From: Trichoplax adhaerens
Taxonomy: Eukaryota > Animalia > Placozoa
Assembly: GCF_000150275.1 (NCBI RefSeq)
Contig: NW_002060956.1
Coordinates: 928,280-992,279 of the forward strand
DNA length: 64,000 nt
Direction of reading: 5' to 3'
Part shown: positions 24,603-38,126 of the stretch, in pieces
Position numbering within the stretch: position 1 is the stretch's first letter
How the letters are laid out: each line of letters opens with the position of its first letter
Program-made: the position numbers and the translations under genes
Notes under the pieces: model-generated
Told to the model about the DNA's origin: nothing
The model's input: only the letters and a program-made list of their open reading frames with translations
Database searches by the model: none

Positions 24603-25052
24603 TCTTTGTGGTGAGACTTATCGTGAAAAATTTTTGCATCGACCGATCATCAATCGTAATAACTGATAAGTGTTGTTCAATTTTACTGCTTATACCGCAA
24701 TCTGGGCCATGATGACAATTAAGGATCGTTATCCATCAATTTCAATTTATAAATCAACTCATTTGCTTTTCAATGCGCTAAATATGTTAGCTTAATGCTA
24801 TCTAGTACAGTAAACCTTGCTTTTGTCGATTTCTAGTCTCTTTCCATTGATTTGACATTGCTTTAATGTCTTACTCGNNNNNNNNNNNNNNNNNNNNNNN
24901 NNNNNNNNNNNNNNNNNNNNNNNNNNNAACTATCTTTGTGGTGAGACTTATCGTGAAAAATTTTTGCATCGACCGATCATCAATCGTAATAACTGATAAG
25001 TGTTGTTCAATTTTACTGCTTATACCGCAATCTGGACCATGATGACAATTAA
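24603..25052. repeat. 120-bp direct duplicate on either side of a gap (24603-24722 and 24933-25052)
   Basis: TCTTTGTGGTGAGACTTATCG...ATGACAATTAA is present twice with one mismatch seen (GGGCC/GGACC). Confidence 0.9.
24878..24927. other. Assembly gap (50 N)
   Basis: Run of N. Confidence 1.
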
Positions 25053-25222
25053 CAATCCTCGCTTTATCAGGAATTTAACATTTTTTTCTAAAACATCTTA
25101 CAAGTATTTTTTTAACAAACACGCGTATACCCCTTTATACTGCAACGCCATTCTACAGCATCATAAACGTATAGATAGATTGCTTGATGATAATCTAACA
25201 CTTTTTTCTTTATTTTGTAGCT

Positions 25223-28200
25223 ATGGTGGACGATCGGAATGACGTTTCTTGTGACGAGGCACGTCGGGTGTTACGGCGCTTAGGTTAGTATCCATGTTTG
25301 AATTCTTATCATAGCAGGTAAAAAGATATTTTCATCACTTCTATTGTTCGTCTATAAACTTTACATGATTCTATTAATACGTTAGATAAGGATTAATTTA
25401 ATTTAATTCACGTGAAATACGATCGACTTTGTAGCTACTTCAAATACTCTATCAAAAAATAACACCTTTAGCTCATCGATTTTATTCTCGTGATACGTTA
25501 TCAAATAGGAAGGTTTTACTCATCCTCTTCTTATCATTATAGGAATTAATTTTACTTAATGCAGTATGCAATTATGGGATTCTCTTGTATTATTAATTCA
25601 TTCCCATACATTCCTTGCCTTATCGATTACAAAGTTTCTCTTTACTTTTATAGAATTAGAAGCCTACTCGTCCATTACCAGTGCCTTGCGGGCACAAGGC
25701 GATTTGTGCAAGTATGTCGACGTTTGCTATAGAATGTAGAGAAAGATCTAGTAATCTTATTTTATTTGACTTACTCAGCATAAATACTGTACATGAAATA
25801 TATTTTTTTCTTTTTCACGTTGTACTTACGATATTTATAGGGAAAAAAAGCAATTACTCCAGGATATATGTTATCAGCTAGGGTAAATATGTACTGCCTA
25901 GGTTGTTAAACCTACGCATTAAAGGATTGATTTGTTTCAGTTTACCCTTGATAAAATTGTTTTTGTGATTATTTGGATAGAATTTCTACTGAAAGATATC
26001 GGGCTGAACTTCGTCGTGCTGCTAACGATGATATGTTAACAACTATCGCTAATAGGTTTGTTGGAAAATGGAATCTTTAGTTTTAGATATATCTGACTTT
26101 GAAAATAAGTTACCTGTTACTGATTTACTGTGGTATTTATTTTTACTTGCATATTTAATGCTTAACATATTTTTAGATTATCTGGGTCAAACAGTTCCGA
26201 AGAATGGCTCTCTGAGGGCCGACGTCTCGCACCAGTTGTGCCTCGTCTTGTACCTCAAACCGTACTTTCTCCAATTGCTAATGCGGCTGCAACTACGTCT
26301 TTTATGATTGCTAGCGGTAGACCTCCTACTATCGAGTACGTAATTTTGTAGTAGCTGTAAAGGAGTTTGTTTGTAATAAATTTTGACTAGATGGCGTAAC
26401 TAATGCCATTGCATGTGCATACGTATGTTACTGTATGCCTATAATTTGTTATTGCTTTTAGTGCTGTACTTTTATAGGATAAATTGCTGAAGAAATATTC
26501 AATGAAATTTATTGTCTTTGATATAACATTTTATTTCGTAATAGAACCATTTCATTGACTAAAAGTGATAAGCAAGATTTAAATATTAATGGAGCGCATA
26601 ACTCTATCGAACTACCATCATTTGCGGATAAACAAAGCAAAATTACTCCAAACGGTACCACTGATGAAAAGAATGATTCCACATCGAATCCTGCTGTTCG
26701 TGTAAAACGTAAGCGTCGTATGCCTATGAGTGACAGTAATAATCGTGATCGCTCCAAGCTGTCCAAATCGGCGTCCTTACATGCTTTAACTTCTAAGTTA
26801 TCTAAACAAACTGCAGTGGTATCACCATCTAGCGAAATCATAGCACAAATTATGAATCCTGTTACCAGTGAAGCAGTGACTGCAACTATTAACAAAAAAT
26901 CAAATCGTAGTAATAGTATAACTTCTGCTTCTCAATCTATATCACCTATTGAGACAAATAGAAAGAATTTGATGCCATCATCCAAAAAACAACGTTCAAA
27001 TTTAACATCTGCTGCCTCAAGTATTGAAAATCGCCATTCTTCTACTACTACTGTAACAACAACTACTACCACTGCGAGTAGTGCCTCACCTTCGTCATCA
27101 CTGCAAGTTAATAAATCAACTTCAAAGCAAGTTAATAAACATAGAAAATACCCGTCAAATATAAAAACATCTAAATCATTCTTTACCAATTCATCTGCTA
27201 GTCTCACGACGGCTTCCGCTAGCATAAAAACGACAGTATCATCGATTAGTGGTTCTACATCGACTAAAATTAAAGTTAAGCTTCCAAGACAACGATCAAA
27301 AGCTACCAAATCAAAAATTTCTTTAGTAGTACCTGCCATGATCAAACCTGATAAAGTTAAGTCAGCTACTACTGTAGCTTCTGGAGCCACAACCTCTTCT
27401 ACTTCAGTATCCGTTGTCAATCGTACCGGTATATTAACATCTACCTCATCAATACCAACTACTGCCGTCTCCGAGTCAAAAGGAATAAGTAACATTACCT
27501 CCTTATTAAGGACGACAGGTATTAATGCATCCTATCAATGGACTTTATGCGATACTATTCTCATAGAATTGCAGAGCATGTAATGGTGTTGTAAAACTAG
27601 TTCATAGTTTGTTAACAATATTGTTATAAGTTTAAGCCGGCTCCATATCAATTGTTAATTGTTTTACTTCATATTTGTTAAAGAAAACATTCGTGTAACT
27701 TCTTATAGCAGAAATATGTGTAAAAAATTTAAAAGTAAAAATCTAAAAATATCTATTTTTTGTAGCTAAGCAAAATCGCCTTGCAACAACAACTATCTCG
27801 ACGTCATCTCCTTTTTGTTCAAATCCTACGCCAACTGAACAACATTCGACTAATTCTGTTGTTGCTACAATGGGTAGTCAAAATATAACTCATAGTGCAT
27901 TGAATTCTACGCCTAGATTTACGGTTCCCATAGATATTAGGGTATGACTTGTCAATCGATTACAAATTGCTATTATGAAGTTATACTTGATAATTAACAC
28001 TACTTTAAAATTCTGAATCTATTATAGAATTTACAAGATCAAAGTAGGAAATTGACAGAAAGTCTAAATAAAACAATTTTAAGCACTTCGTTGCAACGTA
28101 ACTCATCCAAGGCCACATCTAAATTGTTATCAGAGATTAGCAAATCTAAAACAACTGGTCTCTCAGAAAATACGACACGTGGAATTTTAGATAGACAACA

Positions 28201-31200
28201 AAAACGGAGCGAAACGACTAACCAGGGTAATATAACTCAGCCATTTGGAAAATCTGACAATAAGAATACGAAAAAACAGGTAAAATTTATACTGTAGAAG
28301 TTATTAGAAATACATATGGTAACTGTAATAGTCTACTTGATTACACTCTAATTTAAAATAGGATGGGCAGAATACAATAGCTTCCCTTGCTATGCAATCT
28401 GCAGAACACGATGAGTCACAAGATCAGTCTCCCACAAAACCATCTTTGACGAATTTAACTAGTAAACTAGGATTAGAATTTTCGAAATCTGTAAACGCCC
28501 ATATTGGTGGCTTTGACGATGCTAAGAAGAATAATAACACTAGTAATATAAAAACAGATAATAAAGAACTAGAGATTGATACTTGTCATCTGCGGAAAGA
28601 AAGCGCAATTGACAGTAGCACGCCAGTAGTCAACGTTACAAAGAGTACCGACGAAAACGTTGAGAATAGAGGAATAATATCAGTAAAAACTGTGGACTCC
28701 TCGAATGATGATATGATGGAAGAGAAAGCTTTCTCCCAAGTGGAAAGTAATGCTATAGATGAAACTATCGGCGAATCAAAGGATCATATTAATGAAAGAA
28801 CTGCTAACTTACAAGAAGGTAGTAGTTATATGATTAATTAAGTTATAATTACTTTCATGGAGGTACTGAGTTAATTTTATAAATTTTAGACATTATGGTA
28901 GCCACCGATGACCATGATTATTGTATAGATAGTTCTACGCTATCCCATAAAGTTAGCGAAAAAGTGACTTGCTCCGATATCTCCTTGCAAAGTAGCTCAA
29001 ATGCTAACGAGGCAGAATCTCCGAAGATGCAAACAGAAACTGATCGCATGGATTTCTTTGAAATGAGCACTAATGGAAGTGAAACATCAGGTCTAGTAGT
29101 AATCAATTGTATCGCAACATGCACATTTGATAGCGGAATAATAACAATATGCGTGTAAGATTGTATATAGAAATACTGATAAATCTATCTCATTTACTTA
29201 TGCAGAATCTAATAATCAAATTGACAAAGGTACTACAGTGGTAACTAGCGATGACTTAAAGGAAGATCGATCCTATAATTTAACTTCACATATTGATGAT
29301 GGCGAAGCGGTCATGGACAATGGAACGGCTGACATGGTATCGGTGATAAGTACGGATGATAGGTCAAATCACAAGTGTGAATTATCAAATGTTTCTGGTG
29401 ATGGCAATTCGATATCGATGACGGAAGCTATCGCTGGAGCTACTGCGGCTAAAGCTACTGATGAAAGTACTAACGTTAGACAAATTGACGTAACAAACGA
29501 TTTCGAAATAGTTGTTGAAAAAATTGAAGTGGGCAGCGGTAAAATTCATCATGTTGCCCATGCAGAATCAAATATTAAGATGGAAAGCATGGAAAAAGCG
29601 ACGACGTATACTGATCTTTTTGATACTATCAGTGAGGACTCTATGCCTGACAATAATTCAGAAGTTCCAATGTCAATCGATGTAACTGATACTGAAGTAG
29701 ATGCCACCGATAGCTGTAATTATAACGAATCAGAGGCTACAACAAAACTAACTGGTAACTCTCAATCCCAGCGAGAAGTCGCAGATGTTACTGTAAGACC
29801 AGATTATGTCGAACGCGATAGTGTTAATGTAATTGTAGGTGCAAAATTTGATATGGAGAATCCGAACAAAGCGAAAGTCGGAGTAAAGGTAAAAGATGAC
29901 GACACAGATATTATCCTAGAATCTAACACTGAAGTTGGTAATACCAGTTGGACTGAGATAAAAAATAATTACAATGAGGTAAGAGATAGTAGTCATCTCA
30001 CGCCGAATGATAGTGAAGCAGATCCAGCTGTTATTCAAGGTACCGAAGCAGAATTAGCAGCCCAAGTAGATGATAGTGAAGGAGGTGAGGTGGTTACTGA
30101 AAACCTTACCAACGTTAGCAGCGAGTCACAGGCTGAGATAAATAGCGTTGGAATCCTAGAGATAGATGCAGACTTCAACAAAGGTACTAGCAGCGAAGTC
30201 TACACTGATATCGATATACATTTGGAAGGTAATCTGCTTAAAGAAAGTGTCCGAAATACTGATGTTATACCAATGGCTACCATAGATGCAAAAGAAGACA
30301 AAGTTTTAGATAACACTACAAATCTGGAAATTGAGTCTGGTGGAAAGGAAAATCTAATGACCAAAGTGAGTGCTAATTTGGTCGAAGCAAAGTTAGAAGA
30401 TGATAACGCTGATAACGCAAAGTTTAAAGATGAAACTACGGGTATTAAGCCAGATGACAGTAAATACTTGGACAAGAAAACCGTACAGATAGAGGATTCT
30501 AACGTCACCGAATGTAGCATTATGTCTTCCACATTACGTGGAGACAATGATAATGTTAAACAAGCAGATATTGCAACTGAGAAGATAGACTCTGTCTCGT
30601 TCGAGACGCGAAATAGTGGATCAAGTCCCAAAATAGTTAGTGTTTCATCATATTCCAACTTTGATGAGTTACCCTTGAGAAGCGTTAGCACTGAAATAAC
30701 TGCAGTCGATAGTTTTAAAAATACTAAATTTCGTGCTAAATTAAATATCCAAGAGGATGCAATGAGGACAGTGAATAATGCAAACTACAATGTACCACAA
30801 GTGGAGAAATCTAAGATTGAATCGAATTTAGGCAATTTTACAGATGTCGCCCGAGTGGTCAAACCTGAATCAAGGAATGAACTGGCTCAAAGGACTTACG
30901 TTGTTGAAAACTCGATTTCTGAAGAATCTTTAAAAAAAGATACTGTCTCCGATGCAAACTCGACTTCTGTTTCTGATGTAATAAGTTTTATGGATTTTGG
31001 AATTAGTAATCGAAGAACTGAAATTACTAACATTGGTTCAAATACCAAAATATTTAATTCCAAAGAAGAGAACATGGATAGCAATGCTAGTTTGACAAAT
31101 AGTATTACCATCAACTCTAGCTGTACAGCACTAAATTACGATGAGACAAGACTAACCGCTGATAAGTCTGAGACTGCTAATTTAATTGCAGGTTCTGAGA

Positions 31201-33040
31201 TAGGTAACAATGTTACAGGTAAGATCTTAAACTTGGGAACTGAAGTTGCTAGTCTTGTTGATAACAATCAAACGACTAGCGAAGTTAATTCCGGAAAAGA
31301 AGCTAAAAATACGAATGTTAAAGTCTGCGAATCAAATAAATCTACATCGGAAAATCAATCCACGAATATTTTGAATGTTGTATCTCTCGATTCCTTTGCA
31401 AATGTTACGGACTTTGATCATGAAAATATAAGAAGCACTAGCCCAAATACTGTCGATATAGATGCAAATGATGTATCGAACGATTTGCTGAGGAAATCTG
31501 AAACAATCGTACATACATTTAGTAATTCAGAAATTGAAATGGAGAACAATAATGAATCTTCCGATGTATCAATATATGCTAACGAGTTACCTCTCGATAA
31601 TAAATTAGAGACAGTAGACGAAGTGCCAACTGAAAGTACGGACTCTGAAGATATCCTTACCAGTGATGACCAGTCGGCGATATCTGATTCGATGTACAAT
31701 ATCGCTGTAAACTCGAATCATCAAAGTATTGATAATGGATCGTCTCAATTTAATAACAATCAAATTTATGGAAATTTTCGAAATACGTTATTCTCCGAAA
31801 ATGAATTGATTAGAGTTGAAGAAACAAAAAACTTGAAAGATTTTCCTGATAATATAATGATCCGAGATATATCAACTGTAGCCAATAAAGTTTTACCTAT
31901 AGATATTCTTGAAGATGATAAACGAAGTAATGTCGATAACTGTTCGCCTGGTACAAGCAACAACGATAATGGAAATGATTTGGATAGTTCAGATAAAGCG
32001 GATGTTGTAAAAGATTCTAGCAATGGTCATATGGATATTAATTCGAATGAAATCGCTGTTAATAAATCAAACCATGTCGATGATTTTAAAACAATCCTCA
32101 AAAGAAAGAAAAATTCGAAACGTAAAAGAAAAATTGAAATTTCAAATAAACGAAGCCTGAATTCATTAGGAGTAGAACAGAAGTGGATAAAAGCTGCTTT
32201 CAAGTAAAGAACTATTAAAAGGCTGATGAATTAATGTTATTTGGCGTAGATTCTGATGAAATTTTATTTTTGTAGTATACTCCACCGTATATGTAGATTT
32301 AAAGGTAGTGGAAGACCCAAAAAGACATATACTGCAGCGTCTTGGTTTTTAAAACCAGGTAAATTAAAGTCGCTATTATCTTGTTTATTCTTTTCTTTTC
32401 AACGTTATTTTGCAATTTTTCCGCCATAGTGGAAGAAAATCATGCCCCCGGATATTACGATGTTATCACAAATCCTATGGATTTCAGCACTATTAGAAAG
32501 AAGCTTGAGGTAATGCACTGGAATTTGTATTAGTAATATTAATATTGGGATTGATTTAATTGATATTTTATGCTATCTAGAGTGGTGCTTACGGAAATTA
32601 TAGAGATTTTAATGATGATATGGAGTTAATAAAGACGAACTGTCATCTTTATAATCCGCCAGATCACGCTATTCGCAAAGTTAGTTAATAACACCATCAT
32701 TATCGTATTGACTTGTCGTATTTGTTGCAATATTCCGCCGAAATAATATAGCTACCCAGAGTTATAAGATTTTAGGGGATTAAATTTAAGTTTAATATCG
32801 GCTTTTATGTATCCTTCCAGGATTGCGACGAAGTTTTTGATTTTTACCATGGAGAATATAATAAACTGTTAGCAAATTATGAAAATGTAGGTTAAAGTTT
32901 GCGTATACGTTGTATTCATTGTCTATACGAAATAATAAAATGATTGATGCTGAGATGAATTGGTATAATAGGACAACGAAGCTGAAGATTTCCAAGATTC
33001 GAAAAAATTCAGAGCTACTTCTGAAGAAACGGTATCATAG
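25223..33040 (+). CDS. EMSY: EMSY-like protein: N-terminal ENT domain, long low-complexity region, C-terminal bromodomain; 16 exons, ~1949 aa
   Basis: Exons 25223-25283, 25654-25711, 25841-25882, 25981-26055, 26177-26335, 26545-27518, 27766-27941, 28028-28279, 28362-28818, 28890-29090, 29206-32203, 32276-32358, 32430-32509, 32581-32679, 32821-32886, 32972-33040 are all phase-compatible (5850 nt). ENT region: DEARRVLRRLELEAYSSITSALRAQGDLCKEKKQLLQDICYQLGISTERYRAELRRAANDDMLTTIA...EWLSEGRRLAPVVPRLVPQT. Bromodomain: WFLKPVEENHAPGYYDVITNPMDFSTIRKKLESGAYGNYRDFNDDMELIKTNCHLYNPPDH. Confidence 0.88.
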
Positions 33041-34377
33041 TAAAGTTTTATTGGTCTACAAAAGAAATGTTTCTGAGATATTGAGATGTATTCTTCAAAG
33101 CGACCGAAATCGTCTATTCAACGAAAAATTGATGTATTGTGTATATAGTACTAATAATTGCCAATTCAAAGGTTTCGAAAGATAAATTTTCTGCTTTCTT
33201 GTATATTGTGTAATTACTTTGTATACATAGAACTTTGGTCATTGAAAGTTAGTCTTATGGCATGGGTAGTTAGTTCGTATATTCCGAATGAAATACTCAT
33301 ACCTGATGTTGCATTAATATGATTATTTTCAAATAATATAGTTTTTTTGCAGTGTCAGAACAGCTATAAGAAAAGTTCATCAAATTTTTAGGTGTCATAC
33401 TGCTGGTCTATTTGCATCGATTATTGATTGACTCATCAAGCGTGTTCCGAACAAAAAGGAAAATGTTAACGTTTTATATGTATGCAGTCTTATTTATTGT
33501 ATTATATATTCAGTGCGATGTAACTTGTGCCATAGTTTGCTTTAATTTTTAACTTTATACGCGAACTAAAAAGTGAAGAATTTAAACATGGCAATAAAAG
33601 GAAAAGTAAATCTGGACAGTGGCTTGATATGTGCTGATTTACGTTGAACGTCTTATAGCAAAATTTAGGCTAGTAGGTATTGCTCTATCTGAAATAGGTC
33701 AACATAGGTATACGCGTATTAGTATATAGTAAAAATATAAAGTTAATTAATACCGTATTATTCCTTGCTCAAAATTATCCTTTGCATTCGCTCTTATACG
33801 TATTGTCTAACACAGACCCTAATTGGTCATAATCATTCCATAGATTATTCAAATGAAAATACACACTTGCGATCACAGTTAAAGTATAACATTTTATTGT
33901 GCTTGAAAATTGTATTGTAATCCAAGTCCATTAAATTTATCCAATTTTACAGTGAAGGTATGACCAACTTCGTAGACAACCGTAATACTGTACTATTTTA
34001 ACCTTTTATTCCAGAATTTAAACAATTACCGGTACGTTAACATGCAATCTTATGCAATCTTATAGTAAATAGATTATAATAATTCATATTAGTTTTCCTA
34101 TTAGGATTAACGATTGTATACACCAGTTATTGTTATCTCTTTTATTGATTTACGTAAATTAATAAAACTGCATTTACAACCATACTAGTTTAGTAAATCA
34201 CTCAAATATAAGCATCAAACGATTGTCGTACGAGTGTATCCATACTGAAGTTATTCCTATTAACTAACAGTAAGAAGAAATAGAATAATTCAGTTGTCAT
34301 TAGTATGAACGAATAAACCATATTCTATATCAAAGCCATCTTTAAATCAGAACGGAATATGACTATACTTGGATATG

Positions 34378-37300
34378 CTATCGCCTCTTGAAATCGCACA
34401 ATTTTCCTTGATATCCTGACCAACATCGGCAGTTAAACCCATTCCGTTGTGGCCGACAAGTACCATAAATGCACGGATGGTCTTTGCATTTGAGAGTAGC
34501 TATAATATTACGTTCAGTTCAATCAACAAAATAAAATATTCTCCGTTTGTGAAAATATAACAGTTAAGTCTTTACTGCACTATTATTGGTCCGGATTGCT
34601 TATAGAATTACAAAGTAGAAAAGCTTAGAAAGATGACTTACGACATAAACCTTCCCGAATTTTAATATCATCTATCGCTAAGTCGCCTCGATATCCCTTA
34701 CCTCTCACACCAAGAATTTGTAGCTAAAAGCAGTAAACTATAATCTGTTAATATTTCTTCAAAAGACTCATTGATTTTGTAAAAAAAAACTTTGCTGACC
34801 AGATGACTACCGTATCCCAGCGAAAATTGGACCTTTCTCCAAATATTTTTCCTGTTCCGAGAATAATGCACTTTAACAGTTTGATGATCTTTGATAATTA
34901 AGCTACCAATCGTTTTCCCATTAGCATTATACCATAATGAAAAGCAGTAATTGCCAATAAGTTCGAAGGCATCGGTCATTAATATGGCAGTGTCATTTTG
35001 ATTACGTCCGGATGCCTCGATATAAGCATAATATCCTACAGTACACCACACGATTTCCATTTAAACTAGTTAATCTTGTATCACTGATAAAATATCGGAC
35101 ACTAATTTGCATAATGATAGCATATATATCACACTACGAGTCTTTTATCAGCAATAATCATAATCATTCAAATACCATAGTGCAATTTATAGACATAATA
35201 TTTCCTAAAATTAGCCTGATTATATCGATTGTACTGTACAATTTACTTTCTATAGAAAATTTGCAGTGATAGCCTTATAAACTGCAAGTCTTCTTAGCTT
35301 TAAAGAAATACTAATATAATTCTTCTAAACTATAATTTATCCGAATTCTCAAGACACAGTATTTCATAAAGATAATTTAATCCCTAGTGACATCATACGC
35401 GTATATGCAATATTTACTGTATCGTACTAAAATTTACACATTTATGAGCATAACAACCTTTCTTTGTGTTCGAAGTATGATCAAATGTTGGCCCAGTTTT
35501 GACGGAACTTGTTTTTCCTCTGTGGCGAGTCCAGTTAAAGGTGGCATTAATAGAGTACTTCCAGCCACAAAAATCATACTGGAAAGTACAATTTATGTTG
35601 CTAATACCGGACTGAACAGCTAACAATGTAAAAAAGTACAGTAGAACAGTTAGTTAATAGTTCGTCAATTGGTAAAAGTCATATATGGCATTGCTAAGGT
35701 AAAAAGATCAATTATTAGTAAGATTGCAAATTAAGTTATCGGATTGTGTCATTGGGATGTCGATAAAAGTAGGACAGTAATCAAAGATAACACTATCATT
35801 TTTCTGCTAGTAAATCCGAGCCATCCCCTTTACTCTAGTCCGTTACATACATGGCAAACATTCAACTCCAACATCCTGCCGATGATAACAGTTGTGCTTT
35901 TCAAACCCATTATGTGAGCATTGGAATATATTTGATTCGTAGCCTCTGCAATTAAGTTCATCTATATAAATAGGCCCAGTTCCTGGGCCATATGATTGAA
36001 TTCGGTGGGCTTCCATAAATCCAAGCTGTCGACAAATCACTTTGGCATCTCGAATATCAAAATGATTATCACATAACGTTCCCCAAACATTGTTGTATTT
36101 GATTTCTATACGTCCGTAGAAGCTTCCACCATTAGCCAAGCGAATATCAGGATTTACTATTATCGTACGTATATCAAATAGTAAAGAGAATTTAAGGATA
36201 ACTATTAGCCATATATCGCTAAGAAAGTCAGAGCTTATAGACTATAGAAACAATTATACCAGCAAAGCAACTGATTCCCACGTCTTCGCTATGGCTACAA
36301 TCATGTCTACCCAGCGCTTTATATGAACAATCCAGCAAGGAAGTTTCATTTCCCTGACAGAACACATTATCAAGCCAAATTGGACCTGTACCTGATCCAA
36401 ATTCAGAAGCTGAATGTACAGCTTTAGCATTAGCGTAACCTAATTCACGGCATGCTACACCAGCTTCATCAACTTGAAAGAGATCATCACAAACTGTTCC
36501 CCATTGATTATTAGCGTAGATTTCAAGGCGACCAGTTTGTGTGTCATTGCTGCCGACTAATCGAATTTTTTTGCCTAAGAGCGAATAAAGTTAGATAAAG
36601 TTAATACTAATTATTCGAACATTTCGAAAGTATTTCTCTAATATTTAGCTAAAATCAATGTGCGTTGCTATTATACAGCCTTACCAGATTGCCTCCTTGG
36701 GTTACATATTAATCCTACATCTTGAAAATGATCACAATCTGAACAGCTAAACGGTCTCATAGAGCATTCGATTAATGATCTTTCCGATCCGTTACAGCGT
36801 ATATCATCAAGCCATATCGGTCCTCCACCCAAACCAAATCTTGCGCAACAAGCGTAGTCCAAAGCCCCAACGTAGCCGAGTTGCCTGCATGCCACATTAG
36901 CAGCCAATTCATCAAAATAATCGCTACAAACAGTTCCCCACTCTCCGTTATTTAATATTTCTAAACGTCCTTCATAATGTGTCTTCCCATTTTGTAGTCG
37001 TAATTGGATCTCTATGATTGATTTGACCACAAAGATGGAAGGTACCGCACAATTGATTGTAAACGCATAATTGATGGATAGAAATAGCAAAAGCAAAAAC
37101 ACAAAATTAGCTACCCCACACATTTTAACGTATCCCAAAATATGATCTCGAATACGAATAACGAAAATTAGCATGATTTTTCAAAATGTATCGGGAATGT
37201 TCCGTGAAATGCATATGAATGATGAATTTACTGATAGGTACATGAACGTATTCCTGAAATTGATGCTATAGTAGTAAGATATGTAGATAGAAGGTATCTC

Positions 37301-38126
37301 GAGAACTTATGCACTTATATTTGCGTAATTGATAGTTATGTGTAGTGTACAGATAATGACAATTGTAGAATATTTTAAATTAAATTAAACTCAAATCAGT
37401 ATATTAGGTAAAAATTTAGCATGACTGCCCTACCTGAAGCTGCTTGATTTCGATTAGTGGAGGTATCTTCTGGTCATTGAATTATACCCGTATTGTAAGA
37501 AAAAAAGGTGGAAACTGTATAAAATATATTACGATCTATCAGGTTTATGAGAATAATATTTTCTTTAAACTTACTAATACATATTATGCCAACATCTTCT
37601 TGATGGTTACAATTGTGTATAGACCAGCCATTATGAGAACACTCATGAAGAGAGGATTCATTGCCATGACAGACTAGATTGTCCATCCAAATTCTTCCAT
37701 TGCCCTGACCAAAATAGCCACAGCATTTGAAACGTTCAGCCTGACTATATCCTAATTGTCTGCAAGCGATATGAGCAGCTACTATATCGAATTTATCATC
37801 ACAAATGGTTCCCCATCGATTTTGATAAAAGATCTCCAATCGGCCTTCGCTTAGATTACAACCATGAACTAAACGTATCGGAACTACAGTAGGTAACGCC
37901 AAAAATGTAATTAAGTGAGTATAAATTACTATTGGATATTAAGTGCCGTACTAACTGCAAAATAAGTAACAACTGTCGCAAGTAGTATCATGCTGAAAGT
38001 TTGATAAAGAATTATAGCTACCACAATTTCGTCATATGGTGAAAGTGATGCAATATTTGTACCTTCCGATAAAAAAGTACCGGTGAAAAAGCAAGATAAA
38101 AGATAGAAATATCCGAGAATAATCAT
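34378..38126 (-). CDS. Secreted scavenger-receptor protein: signal peptide, 4 SRCR, MAM, EGF; 10 exons, ~651 aa
   Basis: Exons 38126-38063, 37883-37575, 37467-37435, 37011-36685, 36574-36260, 36156-35851, 35619-35458, 35035-34800, 34723-34642, 34499-34378. Four GR(L/I)EI...WGT(I/V/L)CxD...DVGxxC domains. MAM: CTFQYDFCGW...TGPTFDHT...GYYAYIEAS...CFSLWY...GDLAIDDI. EGF: CKDHPCIYGTC...CRCWSGYQGKLCDFKRR*. Confidence 0.93.

Noticed and set aside
24603-25052. 120-bp duplicate as a biological repeat or LTR
   Set aside because: The second copy starts 5 nt after an N gap, so unmerged contig or haplotype overlap is the simplest explanation.
26509-32023. Several 60-187 aa minus-strand ORFs
   Set aside because: Antisense shadows of the large EMSY-like exons.
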